Of a DNA stretch of 64,000 nucleotides, positions 38,495-51,077 are shown in pieces. The DNA is taken from the NCBI GenBank assembly GCA_965113315.1, contig OZ220372.1. One strand, 5' to 3'. Origin of the DNA: Podarcis vaucheri. Lineage: Eukaryota. The notes under the pieces were generated by a model. That model had not been told where the DNA came from. It saw only the letters and a program-made list of their open reading frames with translations, and ran no database searches. Numbering within the stretch: position 1 is the stretch's first letter; each line of letters begins with the position of its first letter. Position numbers and translations under genes: made by a program.

Positions 38495-38774
38495 CAAGAG
38501 TCACCAACTTTTGAGGGCCAGTGGGCACGTTTGGAATTTTGTGAAAGTGTTGTGGGTGGCAGTCACAAAATGACTGCTATGGAGGTGTGGCATAAGACAA
38601 AATGGCTGCCATGGAGGCATATAGGAGGACACACCAGTGCAAACAGGAACTGAGTGAACAGTCTCTCACGCATTGTGGAATTTGGAAGGGATATTTACCA
38701 AGACCTTTCATGGGTGCTACAGGAAATACTGAAGGGAAAACTGGGGCCCAAGGGCACCACACTGGCAACCCCTG
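38495..38774. mobile_element. hAT-type MITE
   Basis: Perfect 8-bp TSD cactagag (38487, 38775); imperfect TIRs caagagtcaccaa / ctggcaacccctg. Confidence 0.8.
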
Positions 38775-39083
38775 CACTAGAGTAAGAGAGAAAATAGCAT
38801 ATATATATAATGTAAGAAAAACAAGATACAAAATTAGAGGCCTTTTTAAAAAAAGGTTACCAAAACAAAAAAACTCATTATGATTTGTTCAGATTTATAT
38901 ATTACCTTTCCAAAGGCATTTGCATTGCTAACAGTGGCTTAGAACAATTAAAATACAACAATCTCACAGCAAAACAACAATACAGGAGAAGCTGCTGTCC
39001 TAGTGTTTCACTAGAGGCAAAAAGTGGCAATATAAATATACCCTGTAAAATCATTTTTGATAACGTAAGCTGGAATCTCTCAC

Positions 39084-39221
39084 CATTTTTGTGCATATTG
39101 GCATCTTGGGAAGCTACAGATGGCAATCCATCCATCATAGAAGTCCATTGTTTAAAGCGAGATTCTGTTCCAGTTTCTTTCCCTCCTACCATGCCATAAT
39201 CCATGCCACTCGAACCAAAAC
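39084..39221 (-). CDS. TNRC6B: TNRC6B exon with CIM1-like motif ([10 protein letters not shown]...ESRFKQWT...MHKN)
   Basis: 138 bp, cag/gtgag ends. Confidence 0.97.
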
Positions 39222-39612
39222 CTGTGAAAAACCAATGACAACTTGAGGGCCAAGGATTTCCCACCCCTGCTTTAAGCTAAATTGCTTTATAATTATGTTT
39301 TTAAACCATATAGATGGCTGAGATGATGCAAATGCTCATCACTACAAGGCTGTCTTATGCTTTTGCACAAATACTTTTTGTAACATGATATCCTGCAATA
39401 AGCAAGGCTGTTTGAAAATAAAGCTAGTGAGTCAACATAACGCTGAAGTACACTCTGCAGAGAAGAACGGAAGCTAGAGTTCTATGTAGCAAGACTGATT
39501 CAGCAATTCAACTGACACAAACAACAAATCCAGTCTTTGCGTTTGGTACACAGATTCTTAGTGCTTAAGAAATCAAAGCAGATCACAGGGTTTAGCTATT
39601 TACAGTACTTAC

Positions 39613-39781
39613 CTGAACTATATCCAGGAATTTGCCCTTTGGTTGGTATATCTGAGAGACTCACATTCAGACCACCAGGTACTATGCTGTCTAAATGTTT
39701 AGGCCCAACTGGATGGGATGGAGAATGTTTCATGCCAGGCTGCCTCTGTTGTGGCTGAAAGGCATTCACCATACGGGCAAT
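39613..39781 (-). CDS. TNRC6B: TNRC6B exon ([28 protein letters not shown]...IPGYSS)
   Basis: 169 bp, cag/gtaagt ends. Confidence 0.96.
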
Positions 39782-39951
39782 CTGCAGTTAATGAAATAAA
39801 GAAGAATTTGTTTATCTTAGTACAAACAAGTGATTATATTTTGAACAGTGCATTAGTTTCAAGCAATAATAAAGCTTTAATAACATCTTCTTGGTATATT
39901 GCTAGGCTTTATTGTACACCTCATGCATACATTGCTGATTAAATATTGTAC

Positions 39952-40012
39952 CTGCTGTTCTTGCTGTTGTCGTACTACTTGGGAAATCTTTCTTTGACTC
40001 TGTAACAGTTGT

Positions 40013-40047
<35 letters not shown>

Positions 40048-40065
40048 GAGGATGAGTTGACAAGC
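39952..40065 (-). CDS. TNRC6B: TNRC6B Q-rich exon (ACQLIL-Q13-LLQSQRKISQVVRQQQEQQ)
   Basis: 114 bp, cag/gtac ends; mixed CAG/CAA run at 40009-40047. Confidence 0.96.
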
Positions 40066-40665
40066 CTGGAAGGCAAGTAGAGGAGGTAATGAAGGACTTT
40101 ATTTATAGGCATTAACTGCTGGCAAATGAGCACTGTTCAGCAGATATGACTAGCACTGTAAGTTTTTTATAATAAAAGAAACTTACCATGAACGTTTTAG
40201 CCTATGGATGAGCGCAGTGCCTTCCCTTTTACATCTAATTAGAAATAGTGGGATGATCCACACCAAGCACTTAAAGGACATCTAATGCACATTTAATGCA
40301 TATGACTCACCTGCCAAAAGAGTCCTGGGAACTGCAGTTTTCCCCTCACAGAGCTATGATTCCCCAGCACCCTAAACAAATGACAGTTCCCAGGATACTT
40401 TGGGAAAGTCATGTGGTTTAAATGTATGGCGTGCCTCTGCCCAGTACTTCTAGTATGAAGCTTGATTTACTGTAAAGGTACAAGTCATTGCTAGAAAGTG
40501 TCCCCTCCCTACAACTGCATATGACTTATATGTGCCTTTTCAACAACTAAATATATATTTCCACAGATCTGAAGTACAACATTTTCCCAAAAAGATTAAA
40601 GCTGCAAAAACAGTCACAGGAGTATGCAAAATTCAGTCAGCTACTGTAGTAGGATAGTTACTTAC

Positions 40666-40797
40666 AAGCTGAAATTGGGGGATCTGCGGAAGTTGGCTCA
40701 ACATAGCAATCTGTTGAGGAGAAAGCTGGGGATTCATGTTGAAAAGACCTGGGTTCAGACCACTGTTAGGAAATTGCTTGAGCATGGAGGCAGAAAC
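40666..40797 (-). CDS. TNRC6B: TNRC6B exon ([13 protein letters not shown]...[10 protein letters not shown])
   Basis: 132 bp, aag/gtaagt ends. Confidence 0.97.
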
Positions 40798-42270
40798 CTT
40801 AATAAAAAGTGCAAAGGCATACACAAGTCAAACCAGAAACTGACAGAACAACAAAGACATTTGTAGCAGGTCTGTGTGCAAAAGCAAGATGTCTCTGTTG
40901 AAAACAGAAAGTGTGTGATCTTAATCATAATGAAATTGAACATCAACAAATAATGCAACAAAGGAAAAGTGAACATAAAGAATATGGTACAAACACATAT
41001 AGCAATATGTGAGTACAGAAAGGAATCAATTACTTGAGTTGGCTAGCTTTTGTTTGGCTGAAATTTTGAACAATGCACAAACATTTTGTACATTTAAAGA
41101 AAAGAGCTTGAGATTAATATGGAACATGATTCTGGAGTTAACATATTCTATTTCAGTTTGTGGCAGGGCCCTGGTGGATGAGTAGCTTTAACAGTATATC
41201 ATACAGAAATGTGTGCATGTATATGTACACACCCACCCACACCTTTTGAAATGGGGTGCAAGGAGAAGAGAATAACAGAGACTGCAATGCACAAAGGAGG
41301 AGGAGGAGGAGGAGGAAGGAGCAACTTGTTCCACTGAGGAAGATGAGCTTTTTCTGAATGTGCAACAACATGATATAGAGTTCTGACAGAGTGAGGTTCT
41401 TGCTAGCCCCTCTTCTCCTCAGCTACATCCTTTTTACACTTTAGGATGAACTAAGGAGTGGGGGCACCATTGGATCAGTATACATAATGTTAAAACACAG
41501 TTGATGTTTACCTATGGATTTAACATGAATTAGCAGCATCAGAAAAAACAAAATGCATGTTTTGGCTTGTTGTTATGCAGACTTGGGCTCATGGTTTGTT
41601 TTCTTCAAGGGAACTATAAGTGTTACCCCAAAACCAAATCTTGGCTACCAATCATAGTTTGTTGCTCCCAACATGAAGCAGGAGAGGAGCTAAGCAGAGA
41701 CCTTTGAGAAGCATGCACCAGCACACTGCTTGTTTGTGTAAAGCCATAAGTAAACAAAGCTCACCTACCCACCTATTAGAAAACTTTCTAAGACAGCAAT
41801 CCATACCCAACTAGGCTCTCTCCCTTACTTAGGTTCAAAGTCACACATCCCCTCTACAAGGACTTCTCCCTCTCATCAAAGAGCACCCATCAATCTCATG
41901 CCCCCACTGCACTCTCATAAATACCAATTAAAACAAACTGGAAGTGGGTGGCACTTTCACTCTTGTATGGCACATCTGGATTCCTTGTCACAAGTTTCAA
42001 ACTGAAACCAAATACTTCTAACATCAAAAAGTCAACAGCAGAAAACAACGAATGCTGATGAAGAAAAAGCTTATGCTATTAGAAAGAAGACTGCAAAAAG
42101 ACACTGTACCTGCTCTTTAGCTCCTGATGAGCCATACAAAATATGTAGCTTTGGGAAACGGACTAAAGCCTCTTCCCTCCACCAGATGTCCTCAAATCCA
42201 ACTCCATATGTGGAACAACAGAAGAGACTATAACAAACCATCTACAAAGAAACTTTTAAAAATTGTTTAC

Positions 42271-42396
42271 CTGGGGAGAAAGAAACTGGGGAGGCACTTG
42301 TGCCCGGATATTAGGTGAAGGGTTTAGCGGTTGCACTGGTGGGTGCATTCCTCTCGATTGTGCTGTGCTGTTTCCAAACAGACCTTGATTGCCACC
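42271..42396 (-). CDS. TNRC6B: TNRC6B exon ([16 protein letters not shown]...[12 protein letters not shown])
   Basis: 126 bp, tag/gtaaa ends. Confidence 0.96.
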
Positions 42397-43710
42397 CTAA
42401 AAATGAATGAATGAAAGTAAGTCAAATCAGGTTGTTGAGTATAGTTGTTTATATATGTTAGCTGGAGCCTGGGGTTAATATAACTATGAGAATTTGTAAC
42501 ATGCCAATGATAGTCATCCTTATTTCATCTTGATTCATTTGCCTGGCATTTTTTTCAAACACATTCCCTTCTAAGAGGTTTGATTGTATGCATTTTAAAG
42601 AGGAGAAAAGAAGGTGCAGAGAAAAGATAAGCAATGTTTATATTTAAAGGGATTTGTCTTTTGTGTTTGAATACTGTAGATAGCAGTATTTATTACTTAT
42701 TACATATAGCAGAAGAAAATATTAAGAACTACCTAATATGATGGACTTCATTGTTTTTAGCTGCTTCTTTATTTAATATTGAGAGTTACTCAAAGGTCTT
42801 AAGCAGTCCTCAAACTGCATTTAATCATACACAGTAAAGCAATTCCAATATTCTAAGAGAGAACACGCCACTGCTTACACAGTCAAAACAGCACCATCAT
42901 ATACAAAAGAGAGGTATCAGCAGACTCAGGGGAAGGGAAACCCCAAAACAGCCCAATGGGATCTGAACATGCTCAGAGGCCGTGTAATGCAGACTGTTTG
43001 GAGGTGTGGGGAATCGACTCTAAAACAAGCGTGGGGTGGTGGTGGGGTGGACTGGTGTCTGGAATTCAGAACAGGGAGCACAGCACACTGCAACATTTTG
43101 TGCCAGGTGTCTCTTGCATATTTAATTTGAAAACAAATTCCAGTAGAAGTGACCTAGTCCCTTTGCAGGGATACATTCACGATACATATTAACCTTAGAA
43201 AAAACATTTGTAGATGTGGTTATAGCTTGTGTTGTTATTCCTAGAGATTTCCAAACGGATAGAATTGTTAGTCCCTTCTTCGGTTTCAAAACTGCTCTAG
43301 GATAAGTTAAGAGCAAACACACATACAAATTTAAACAGAGTAACTACTGCATAAATGTAGTATGAAGTTTAAGTGCCAAATTTGTTTTTTTAGAACAAGG
43401 GGGGAAAGTGTTTATTCTTGCACTGGGTTCCAAAATGTTTATTCCCCGACTTTTAATTACTTTCTTTGAGAAAGTAAACTCACAGACTGTTGTGAGGTAT
43501 TAGTAAGGGATCAAAGTAACAGACATAAGCAACATATTGAATGTCTGGAAGGAAGCAATAAAGACTGGTGGGTTCCTGAATTTGAGATTTATCTTACTAC
43601 ATTTTCCATGAAAAAAAACATTTAAAAAACGGGTGCAAAAACCAAGCTGACAAGGATTAACTATAGGATGCAGCCAAGAAGTAATATAACCAAGAATGTG
43701 ACCTCCTTAC

Positions 43711-43878
43711 TTGTCTAGCAGCGAAGTTTTGGGGGTTGAGCCCTGATCCGATTGCCCCAAGGCAGACGGGTAGTGTGGAACCAGAGGGAGAAAGCTTGTA
43801 GTTGGGAGAAGGGGAGAAGGGAGAGCAGGGAGCCTCATCCCCAAGGCACCCATCTTGATTGGAGAAAGGCAAAGTCAG
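43711..43878 (-). CDS. TNRC6B: TNRC6B exon ([25 protein letters not shown]...NFAARQ), symmetric, likely cassette
   Basis: 168 bp, phase 0/0, cag/gtaagg ends. Confidence 0.94.
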
Positions 43879-45767
43879 CTGAAGAAATAAGTAGCCAATC
43901 AGCAGGAGTTGGTTAGTGAAGCAACAGAATGCAAGAAGAGAGAGAGAGTGACCATGAATGACCAAGATTATGCAAAATTAGTATGATTTTAACCATTAAA
44001 AGGATATGTTCCAACAAAGTACACTACTTACTTTGGAAATATGGACTAAAAGGAGACAAGTCAGAACAATCAATTCAATACTTAAAAACCTTTACCCATA
44101 GCTAATGCTGCCCTGCTTGTGGAAGTGATAATCTTCAATAAAAGAGATGCAATATTTCTATTTGCTGACAAAATTTTATTTCTTTTCAGGAGATCTACAA
44201 CTGAGTAACACCTAGAGCAGATGAGGCAAGCAGAAGAATTTAGGCAGGTGAAGCATAAAGAAATCTCATCAGAATAATATCTCGGTTCTTGGGCAATTTA
44301 AAGATCTTCCATCCAGTACATTATTATAAGCACTACTCGACTGACACTAGTATGTCCATCTTTCTTACAAAGCAAGAGAAGGAACATCCTCGCATGGAGC
44401 ATTTTGTTACCAAAAGCTCTTTAGAACCAAACACAAAAAATAAACACTGACTGATTCATTTTCTCAGGTTAACGTCCTTATCTGTCTCTGGTGCACAGTG
44501 TCAGCCAGCAAGGTCAGTGTAGAATGCTGAAATTCCTCACTCCCTGATCAGAAGAGAAAGACTGACAGCCCAGAAAGATGGAGGCAGTTTTGGTGAAGCG
44601 CTGTCGTTTTCAGCTTGAGGTTGACACTGGCTACTCTGGACAATACAATTCCCTACTGCCTATGTGAGAATCAAGCCATATTTAAGACAGCTTAGGGCTA
44701 ACTTAGCTTCTGTTTCATGGAAGTGCTATTTATGTAAATGCAAAAATATGAAATAGCCATCAAAGTCCCCTCTTTGAGACCTAACTCTGGGGTTTCCTGA
44801 ATGCTCCTCATTTCTAGAAATTATATTTCTGAGATATTCTGCTTCAGCTACCTCTATAATAGCCATTCTTCAAAAAACAAATAATACAGAAACTTAGTGG
44901 TGACAAACAGGGCTTCTGAATTTGGCTGTGTTCTTTACAAGCACGGCTAGGTACAGAAAAAAACCCCATTATTTCAACAGCCATAGACCAGGCCAAACAG
45001 CAGACAAAAACCAAGAAAAGTAGTCTACAAGGGTGCTCCAAGTTTTTGAAGTTGTATACCTGATGCAATACTTGAACACTGAAATTCTTGCCTACTCACA
45101 CTACAAGACTTTAGGGATGACTCTGAGCAAATTTATTTTGTGTTAGATTGTATAGGGATAGAATTTTGAAGGGTCCTTCAGCATTAATAACCTGATACAC
45201 TTGGTTCTATGGCAACTGCAATTTTGGTTGGAATCCTATCAAAAGGAAATGGATCAGGTACCTTCTTTCTGTGGGTAAATTCCTAGCTTTAGGTGATGTC
45301 AAAGAAACAGAGGTCTGATATCTTCTCTCCTTTTAAGTAATTAAACAGAGGACATTATGGTTTTGTTATGTCAGGACCAAACCTACCGGAAGCCAGAAAA
45401 GAACAACACTAGGTACCATCTCAAGTTGAGGATCTGGCACTGGTAAAAAGTGTATTACAGTGCTGGGTTGATTATTTCTTGTAGTATTAAGAAATGACCC
45501 AGTTTGAAATCACTCCCATAAGTGATTAAGTGTTAAGAAAATGAGATACATCTTCTGGCATTAAAAAGCAGAGCAGATACCTTGGGTGGAGGGGGTCCAT
45601 TGCAAATGGTTACAAAAATAACCAAGTTCTGAAAAAATTTGATGGCTCTGAAGTTTCTTACTTGTGTTGACTAGAAGTATGTTTCTTGATTCCAAATGAC
45701 ACATGTCTTAATTCAGAGGAATTGGAAGCAGGACTTTTTAAAAGTTTAACTCTGTCCCAGTATGAGA

Positions 45768-45905
45768 TGGCTCAGTTTGTAGAGTGTGAGACTCTTATAG
45801 GGACATGGGTTCAGCCCCAAGTTGGGCAAAATATTCCTGCATTGCAGGAGGCTGGATTAGATGACCCTTGTGGTCCCTTCCAACTCTACAATTCTATGAT
45901 TCTAA
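45768..45905 (+). mobile_element. tRNA-Lys-derived SINE with CR1-type tail, second copy
   Basis: tggctcagtttgtagagtgtgagactctta..gggttcagccccaagttgggc then ...ggtcccttccaactctacaattctatgattcta; homologous to 2184-2327. Confidence 0.8.
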
Positions 45906-46402
45906 TGAATCTTTAGGGGAATATATTGACCAGCAGTCCAGGTTCCAAATAAATCCATACTGTGTTTTTTCTAACCCACTGTGCACTGAGGGTATGGTTG
46001 TAGCAATGAGTGTCTGATCCTCAAATCTGTCACCAAAATGAAGCTGAAATTTGGATGGAACTTCTTTGAGAATATGTTTCTCCTCTAATTCAGTAAGTTC
46101 AGGGTCCCAGGAAATAGGTGTATACTGCATTGTGAATTCCAACAGGGTAAAAACAGACAAAGGAACCATAGTTGAGGTCATGGCCTAGACCTGGAACAGC
46201 AGTTAGAATTCTGACAGAGATAAAAGGTACCAGCCAGGTTGAGCAAACTAGTGGCACAGGAAATGAGCTGAAATCTCAATGGCAAGCCTGAATCTGACAG
46301 CCAGGAAACTCTGGAATACAAGGTCCTTGAGCTGGAAATGGAAAGAGCAGCCCCAAGCTGCAGTCCCCAGAGGAACCAGGGCCTGACTCATTCTCCTTAG
46401 TC

Positions 46403-46875
46403 CAGAGGTTTTCAACCTTTTTGAGTCCACAGCTCCCTTGACCAACTACATTCTTTCTGCGGCACCCCTATAGGGCTCAGGAACGCAGTTATGTCACCCC
46501 TTGCCTGAAGAGCTGGCAGCCTCTCACCCTTTTTCAAACACCCTCCTTTGTGGAGTGTTCTCTTAGCTTCCTCTCCTCTCCATTCTTCTTGGGAATCCTC
46601 CAGGTAGCTGCAGCCACCCCTGGTCTGTGAGGCACTTCAGCTCCTGGTAACCAGCACCCCCTGGCCAACCCAGCGGCACCATTTGCCTGGGATGCTTGTA
46701 GCCAGGGCTGCTGCAACAAACAGCTGTGCAAGCCTTTGGGAGGCAGAGATGCAAGAGGGCTTCAGAGGGAGGGAGGGAGGGAAGAAAGGGGGGACAGAAG
46801 CCTGTGTTGCCCGCGGCACCCCTGACCATCATTTGAGGCATCCCAGGGTGCCACGCGCACTGTTTGAAAACCAGT
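46403..46875. mobile_element. hAT (Charlie-like) non-autonomous element
   Basis: Ends cagaggttttcaac / gtttgaaaaccag; repeated subterminal gcggcacccct. TSD unclear. Confidence 0.65.
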
Positions 46876-47319
46876 CTTTCAGACCAACACAAGCAGAACA
46901 TCTGATGGGAGCATATGGAGGGGTGATGGGGTGCTTGGCTCAAGGGCTGCCTCTATAAGGCTCTCCAGTCCTCTGCCAAGTAGGTAGCGCATGGGAGGGG
47001 TAATCAGGGCCAGGATATATATGTGAGGGCTTGGTTAAAACTGAGACTCCATGAGAACAAGCGATCAGCTCTCAGTGACTTGAGCAGGATCCTGACAACT
47101 CTGCATCTTATTGCTGTTATTGTTGATCTACATGTATGCTTAATGCCTGCCTTGTAGTGCCTTTTACTTCCCAATGTTTATGCTCTTAGATCTTGATCAC
47201 AGGTTGGGACTCTACCTGACCTGCTGTCTCCATCATCTTCAGATTACTGATTTATGTGTCCTGTGGAATCTGCTTCCTCATAACATGAACTATTGAAGAT
47301 AAGACTGCCTTCAAAAAAT

Positions 47320-48560
47320 GGAGGTCTTACCCAAAAGTAGAGAACAAAAAGGAACACAAACTTTGGCAAACAGACAATAAAGAGATGGTAAAAAAGAATT
47401 TGAGGAGCACAATGTTAAAAGTACAAAGACAAACAACAATAAGTTCTTTAAATACATTAGTAGCAGGAGATCATCTAAAGAGATGGTTGGACCCTTGGAT
47501 GACAAGAGAGTCAAATGTGTGCAAAAGCAGGATGAGAATATTGTGGCAAAGTTAAATGAATTATTTGCATCTGTCTTCACAATGGAAGATACAGGACAGA
47601 GTCCAGTGCTGCAACTAACTTTTGCAGGAGGAAAGTCTGAGGAACTTAGGCAGATAGTGGTGATGAGAGATGAAATTGTAGGCCTAATAGACAAAATAAA
47701 AACTGACCAATCACTGGGTCCACATGGCATCCACCTGAGAGTTCTCAAATAACTCAAATGGGAAATTGCAGATCTTCTAACAAAAATATGTAACTTATTC
47801 CTCAGATAAGTTTTCATACCAGAGGACTGGAAAGTAACTAATTTAACACCAATCCTGGAAATTACAGGCCAGTTATCTTAACTATGTCCCAGAAAAACTG
47901 GTGGAAAGAATTGTTAAACATAAAATAATCAAGAATATGGAATAATAAGTCTTGTTGAAGTTGAATAAGCATAGTTTCTGGAACGCCAAGTCCTTTCTCA
48001 CAAAACTATTAAGAATTTTTTGAGCATGTCAACAAACATATAGACAGAGGTGATCCAGCTGACCGTGCACTTGGACTTTCAATTTCACCCCGAAAAGGTA
48101 CCTCATCTAAGACTCCTAAGCTTAGCAGTCATGGAATAAGAGAGGTCCTCATTTGGATCAGGAATTGTTTAAGTAGCAGGAAGCAGAATGGGAATAAATG
48201 GACAGTTCTTCAAATTAAGAAATGCAGGAAGTGGATCAGTATTGGGACCTGTGCTTTCTGCCCTGTTCATAAATGATCTATAGTTAGGGGTAATCAATGG
48301 TGTGGCCACATTGGCAGAAGATACTAAATTGTTCAGGGTCATTAAAAAGACAAAAAGGACCTCTACGAGCTGAGTGAACGGATTGTAAAAAAAGCAAATG
48401 CAATTCTGTGTTAACAAGTATAAAGTGATGCATGTTGGGTGAAAACCTTAATTTCACATACACACCCTTGGGGTCTGAAATGGGAATGACTGGCTAGGAA
48501 TGAGACCTTAGGATCATAGTGGATAGCAGGATGAAGAGGTTGACTCAGTGTTTGGCAGCT
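47320..48560 (+). mobile_element. Degraded CR1 LINE ORF2 (reverse transcriptase region)
   Basis: LNELFASVFT, SLGPHGIHLRVLK, PEDWK, PGNYRP, LDF, GSVLGPVL..LFINDL and AEDTKL motifs, with stops and frameshifts. Confidence 0.9.
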
Positions 48561-48800
48561 TAGGTCCAGGCTCTCTGAAAGACCATATTCCCTCATATGA
48601 ACCTGATGGGGCTCGCCATTAAGATTTCAGCCCCGTGTCACCCTCACAAGCATGCTTTGTGGGAATGAAGGAAAGGGCCTTCTCAGTCGCTTATCCCAGA
48701 CTCCTGAGCTCCCTTCCTAGAGAAGTGAGGCTGACTTCCCCCTTGCTGTCCTTCTGCTGGCAGGTGAAGACAGTTCTATTTCAACAGGCCTTTGGGAACC
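48561..48800 (+). mobile_element. L2 LINE 3' fragment
   Basis: ERAFSVAYPRLLSSLPREVR..LLSF..QVKTVLFQQAF resembles the L2 ORF2 C-terminus. Confidence 0.65.
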
Positions 48801-49207
48801 AACTATTTTTTGAGGAAAGGGCTCTTGCGTGTATTAAAAGTATTGTCTCATCATGGTTGTACTTTTTAATTTGGCACTCAAGTCTTAGCAAAACCATCCA
48901 GTAACTTTTAGGGGCAAATGTTGGAAATGTACAATACATTCAGAATAAAAAAATAATGTTTTTTCATACAAACACATGAGTGAGGAATCTCCTGAAGTGG
49001 TTTTCCAGAACAGTAATAATTACTCCAAAGATCACCCATGTGTTCAGTTCACCCCATTTCTTCTCATTTGCCCCAAACAAGCATTTTTTTTCTCCTCAAA
49101 GTCTCATAATAAAACAATGTCTTTAAGTTGCAATGCTGAAATCTGATGGGATGTTAAAATTGCATCTGGAATAAGCGGCAGATTTTTACAAGCAAAATGT
49201 GTCTCAC

Positions 49208-49356
49208 CTTTTCAAAGTAAGGCCCACTATCTGGGGCTCCCATGTCTTTGGAATTAGGAGGACGAAAACCTGGCCGACTTTTTCTCATAATGTCATTAAA
49301 ATCCCCGAGATTCATCCCTCGTTTATCCACATCAAATTTCTTATCTTGGAGACCAC
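49208..49356 (-). CDS. TNRC6B: TNRC6B exon ([22 protein letters not shown]...SGPYFEK)
   Basis: 149 bp, cag/gtgag ends. Confidence 0.97.
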
Positions 49357-49807
49357 CTGAAAGGAAAAAGTGGCAAGTGGAAGCATTCATACGAGTGGCT
49401 GTTATAAGTTTGAAGCAATACTTCATAAATTACTAAATGAAGTATTTTCCACTTATACTCATATACTACAATAACTACAAAAATTCCTTAGCGGCCTTAT
49501 TATAAATGTATTAAATACATTTTAGCCTACCCTTCATCATATGATCTAATGTTCAGCAATAAGAATTCCTATAAAATCAAAGGAGCAGGTAAGCACAGAT
49601 TATGTCTTTGCAAAGACCCAGGCAAACAAGTAGGCCTTTACCTGCTGCTGAAACACCAGACATATTGGTGTCAGTTATACTTCCAAGGCAATGGCATTCC
49701 ATAACCGGGGGGGGGGGGACAGGGGGGGATGGGACCACAGAATATACTTGTCCTGATGGTGGGATGTGTAGGGAGGAACTAGTTCCTAGATAAAGGGACA
49801 ATGATTA

Positions 49808-49986
49808 CTGTATTTACTCGAATCTAATGCTCACTTTTTTGGCCAAATTACATTATAATAATTAAGGTGCACATTAGATTTGATGGAACATTTACATTTG
49901 CCAAAAAATCCTTTTTTTGGTTTCAAGGTTTTGAAAATTGAGGTGCACATTAGATTCAATGGCATATTAGAATCAAGTAAATACGG
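49808..49986. mobile_element. Tc1/mariner-type MITE
   Basis: TIRs ctgtatttactcgaatctaa / ttagaatcaagtaaatacgg; internal repeated aggtgcacattagatt. Confidence 0.75.
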
Positions 49987-50301
49987 CATTTCAGATATTT
50001 GGGTCTCAAGTCATTTAGGGCTTTGTAGGTGAATAATGGTACCTTAAATTCCACCTGGAAGCATACAGGCAGCCAATGCAGATCTTTCAGAAATATTAAT
50101 TTATGTTGTTGTAATTTTGCTTGTTTACCTTAAGATAAGAGTTTTTTAGTTGTTTATGGGTCCCATTTATATACAAATTGTTTAGATTGTTTTTCTGTTT
50201 ATTTTCATTTGCTCACCACTCTGGTAATGAAAACATTCAATGAAGAGTGGGCTATAAATACTGTAAAAAAACCACACACCAAAAAACCTCCCTTCATACT
50301 A

Positions 50302-50656
50302 AAGGTAAAGGTAAAGGCACCCCTGCCCGAACGGGCCAGTCCTGACAGACTGTGGGGTTTGTGCGCCCATCTCACATCTATTGGCCGGGGGCCAGCGCTG
50401 TCCGGGGACACTTCCGGGTCACGTGGCCAGCGTGACATCGCTGCTCTGGCGAGCCAGAGCCGCACACGGAACGCCGTTTACCTTCCCGCTGGTAAGCGGT
50501 ACCTATTTATCTACTTGCCCCCGGGGGTGCTTTCGAACTGCTAGGTGGGCAGGCGCTGGGACCGAGCAGCAGGAGCGCACCCCGCCGCGGGGATTCGAAC
50601 CGCCGACCTTTCGATCGGCAAGCCCTAGGCGTTGAGGCTTTAGCCCCACAGCGCCA
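50302..50656 (-). mobile_element. Sauria SINE, CpG-intact young copy
   Basis: (ACCTTT)n tail at 50302-50317, B box ggttcgaatccc, 12-bp TSD cccttcatacta at 50290 and 50657. Confidence 0.93.
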
Positions 50657-51031
50657 CCCTTCATACTACCACTAAGCAAATCAGTTTTTCTCTCTCCACA
50701 GTAGGTCTTTGACATTTTCTCTAGAAGTCCATGAATCATTATGTACTATTCAACAGAATGAAACCCAGTTATCACAAATGGACTTTGTGCAAGGACGGTC
50801 TGTTTATTAATGCACTCAGTAACCAGACTTAGACCCTTCCCATTATCCTAGCTCAAACTTTCATTCTTTCATTGTCATCAGCTACACACCAAATTATATA
50901 AAAGGTCCTTAAGCTGTTCTAAAATCATTTTGCAAAAGGCCACATACTGCTTTATTATACTGTTTTCAAAGCCAAGCACTTCAGCCTCATGAACCAAATC
51001 AGTTTTTCTTATTGCCATATTAGGTACACAC

Positions 51032-51077
51032 CTACTGATAAGTCCATTTTACTGCCTGGAGTGTCTTCAGTTTGATT
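51032..51077 (-). CDS. TNRC6B: TNRC6B small exon (NQTEDTPGSKMDLSV)
   Basis: 46 bp, cag/gtgtg ends; needed for frame continuity. Confidence 0.94.

Noticed and set aside
42110-42241. Extra TNRC6B exon with tag acceptor and CAG|gtacag donor
   Set aside because: It would leave a ~29-nt intron, too short to splice, and has no TNRC6-like peptide.
47483-47752. Functional reverse transcriptase gene
   Set aside because: Multiple stops and frameshifts and a degenerate catalytic motif (AED); a dead CR1 copy.
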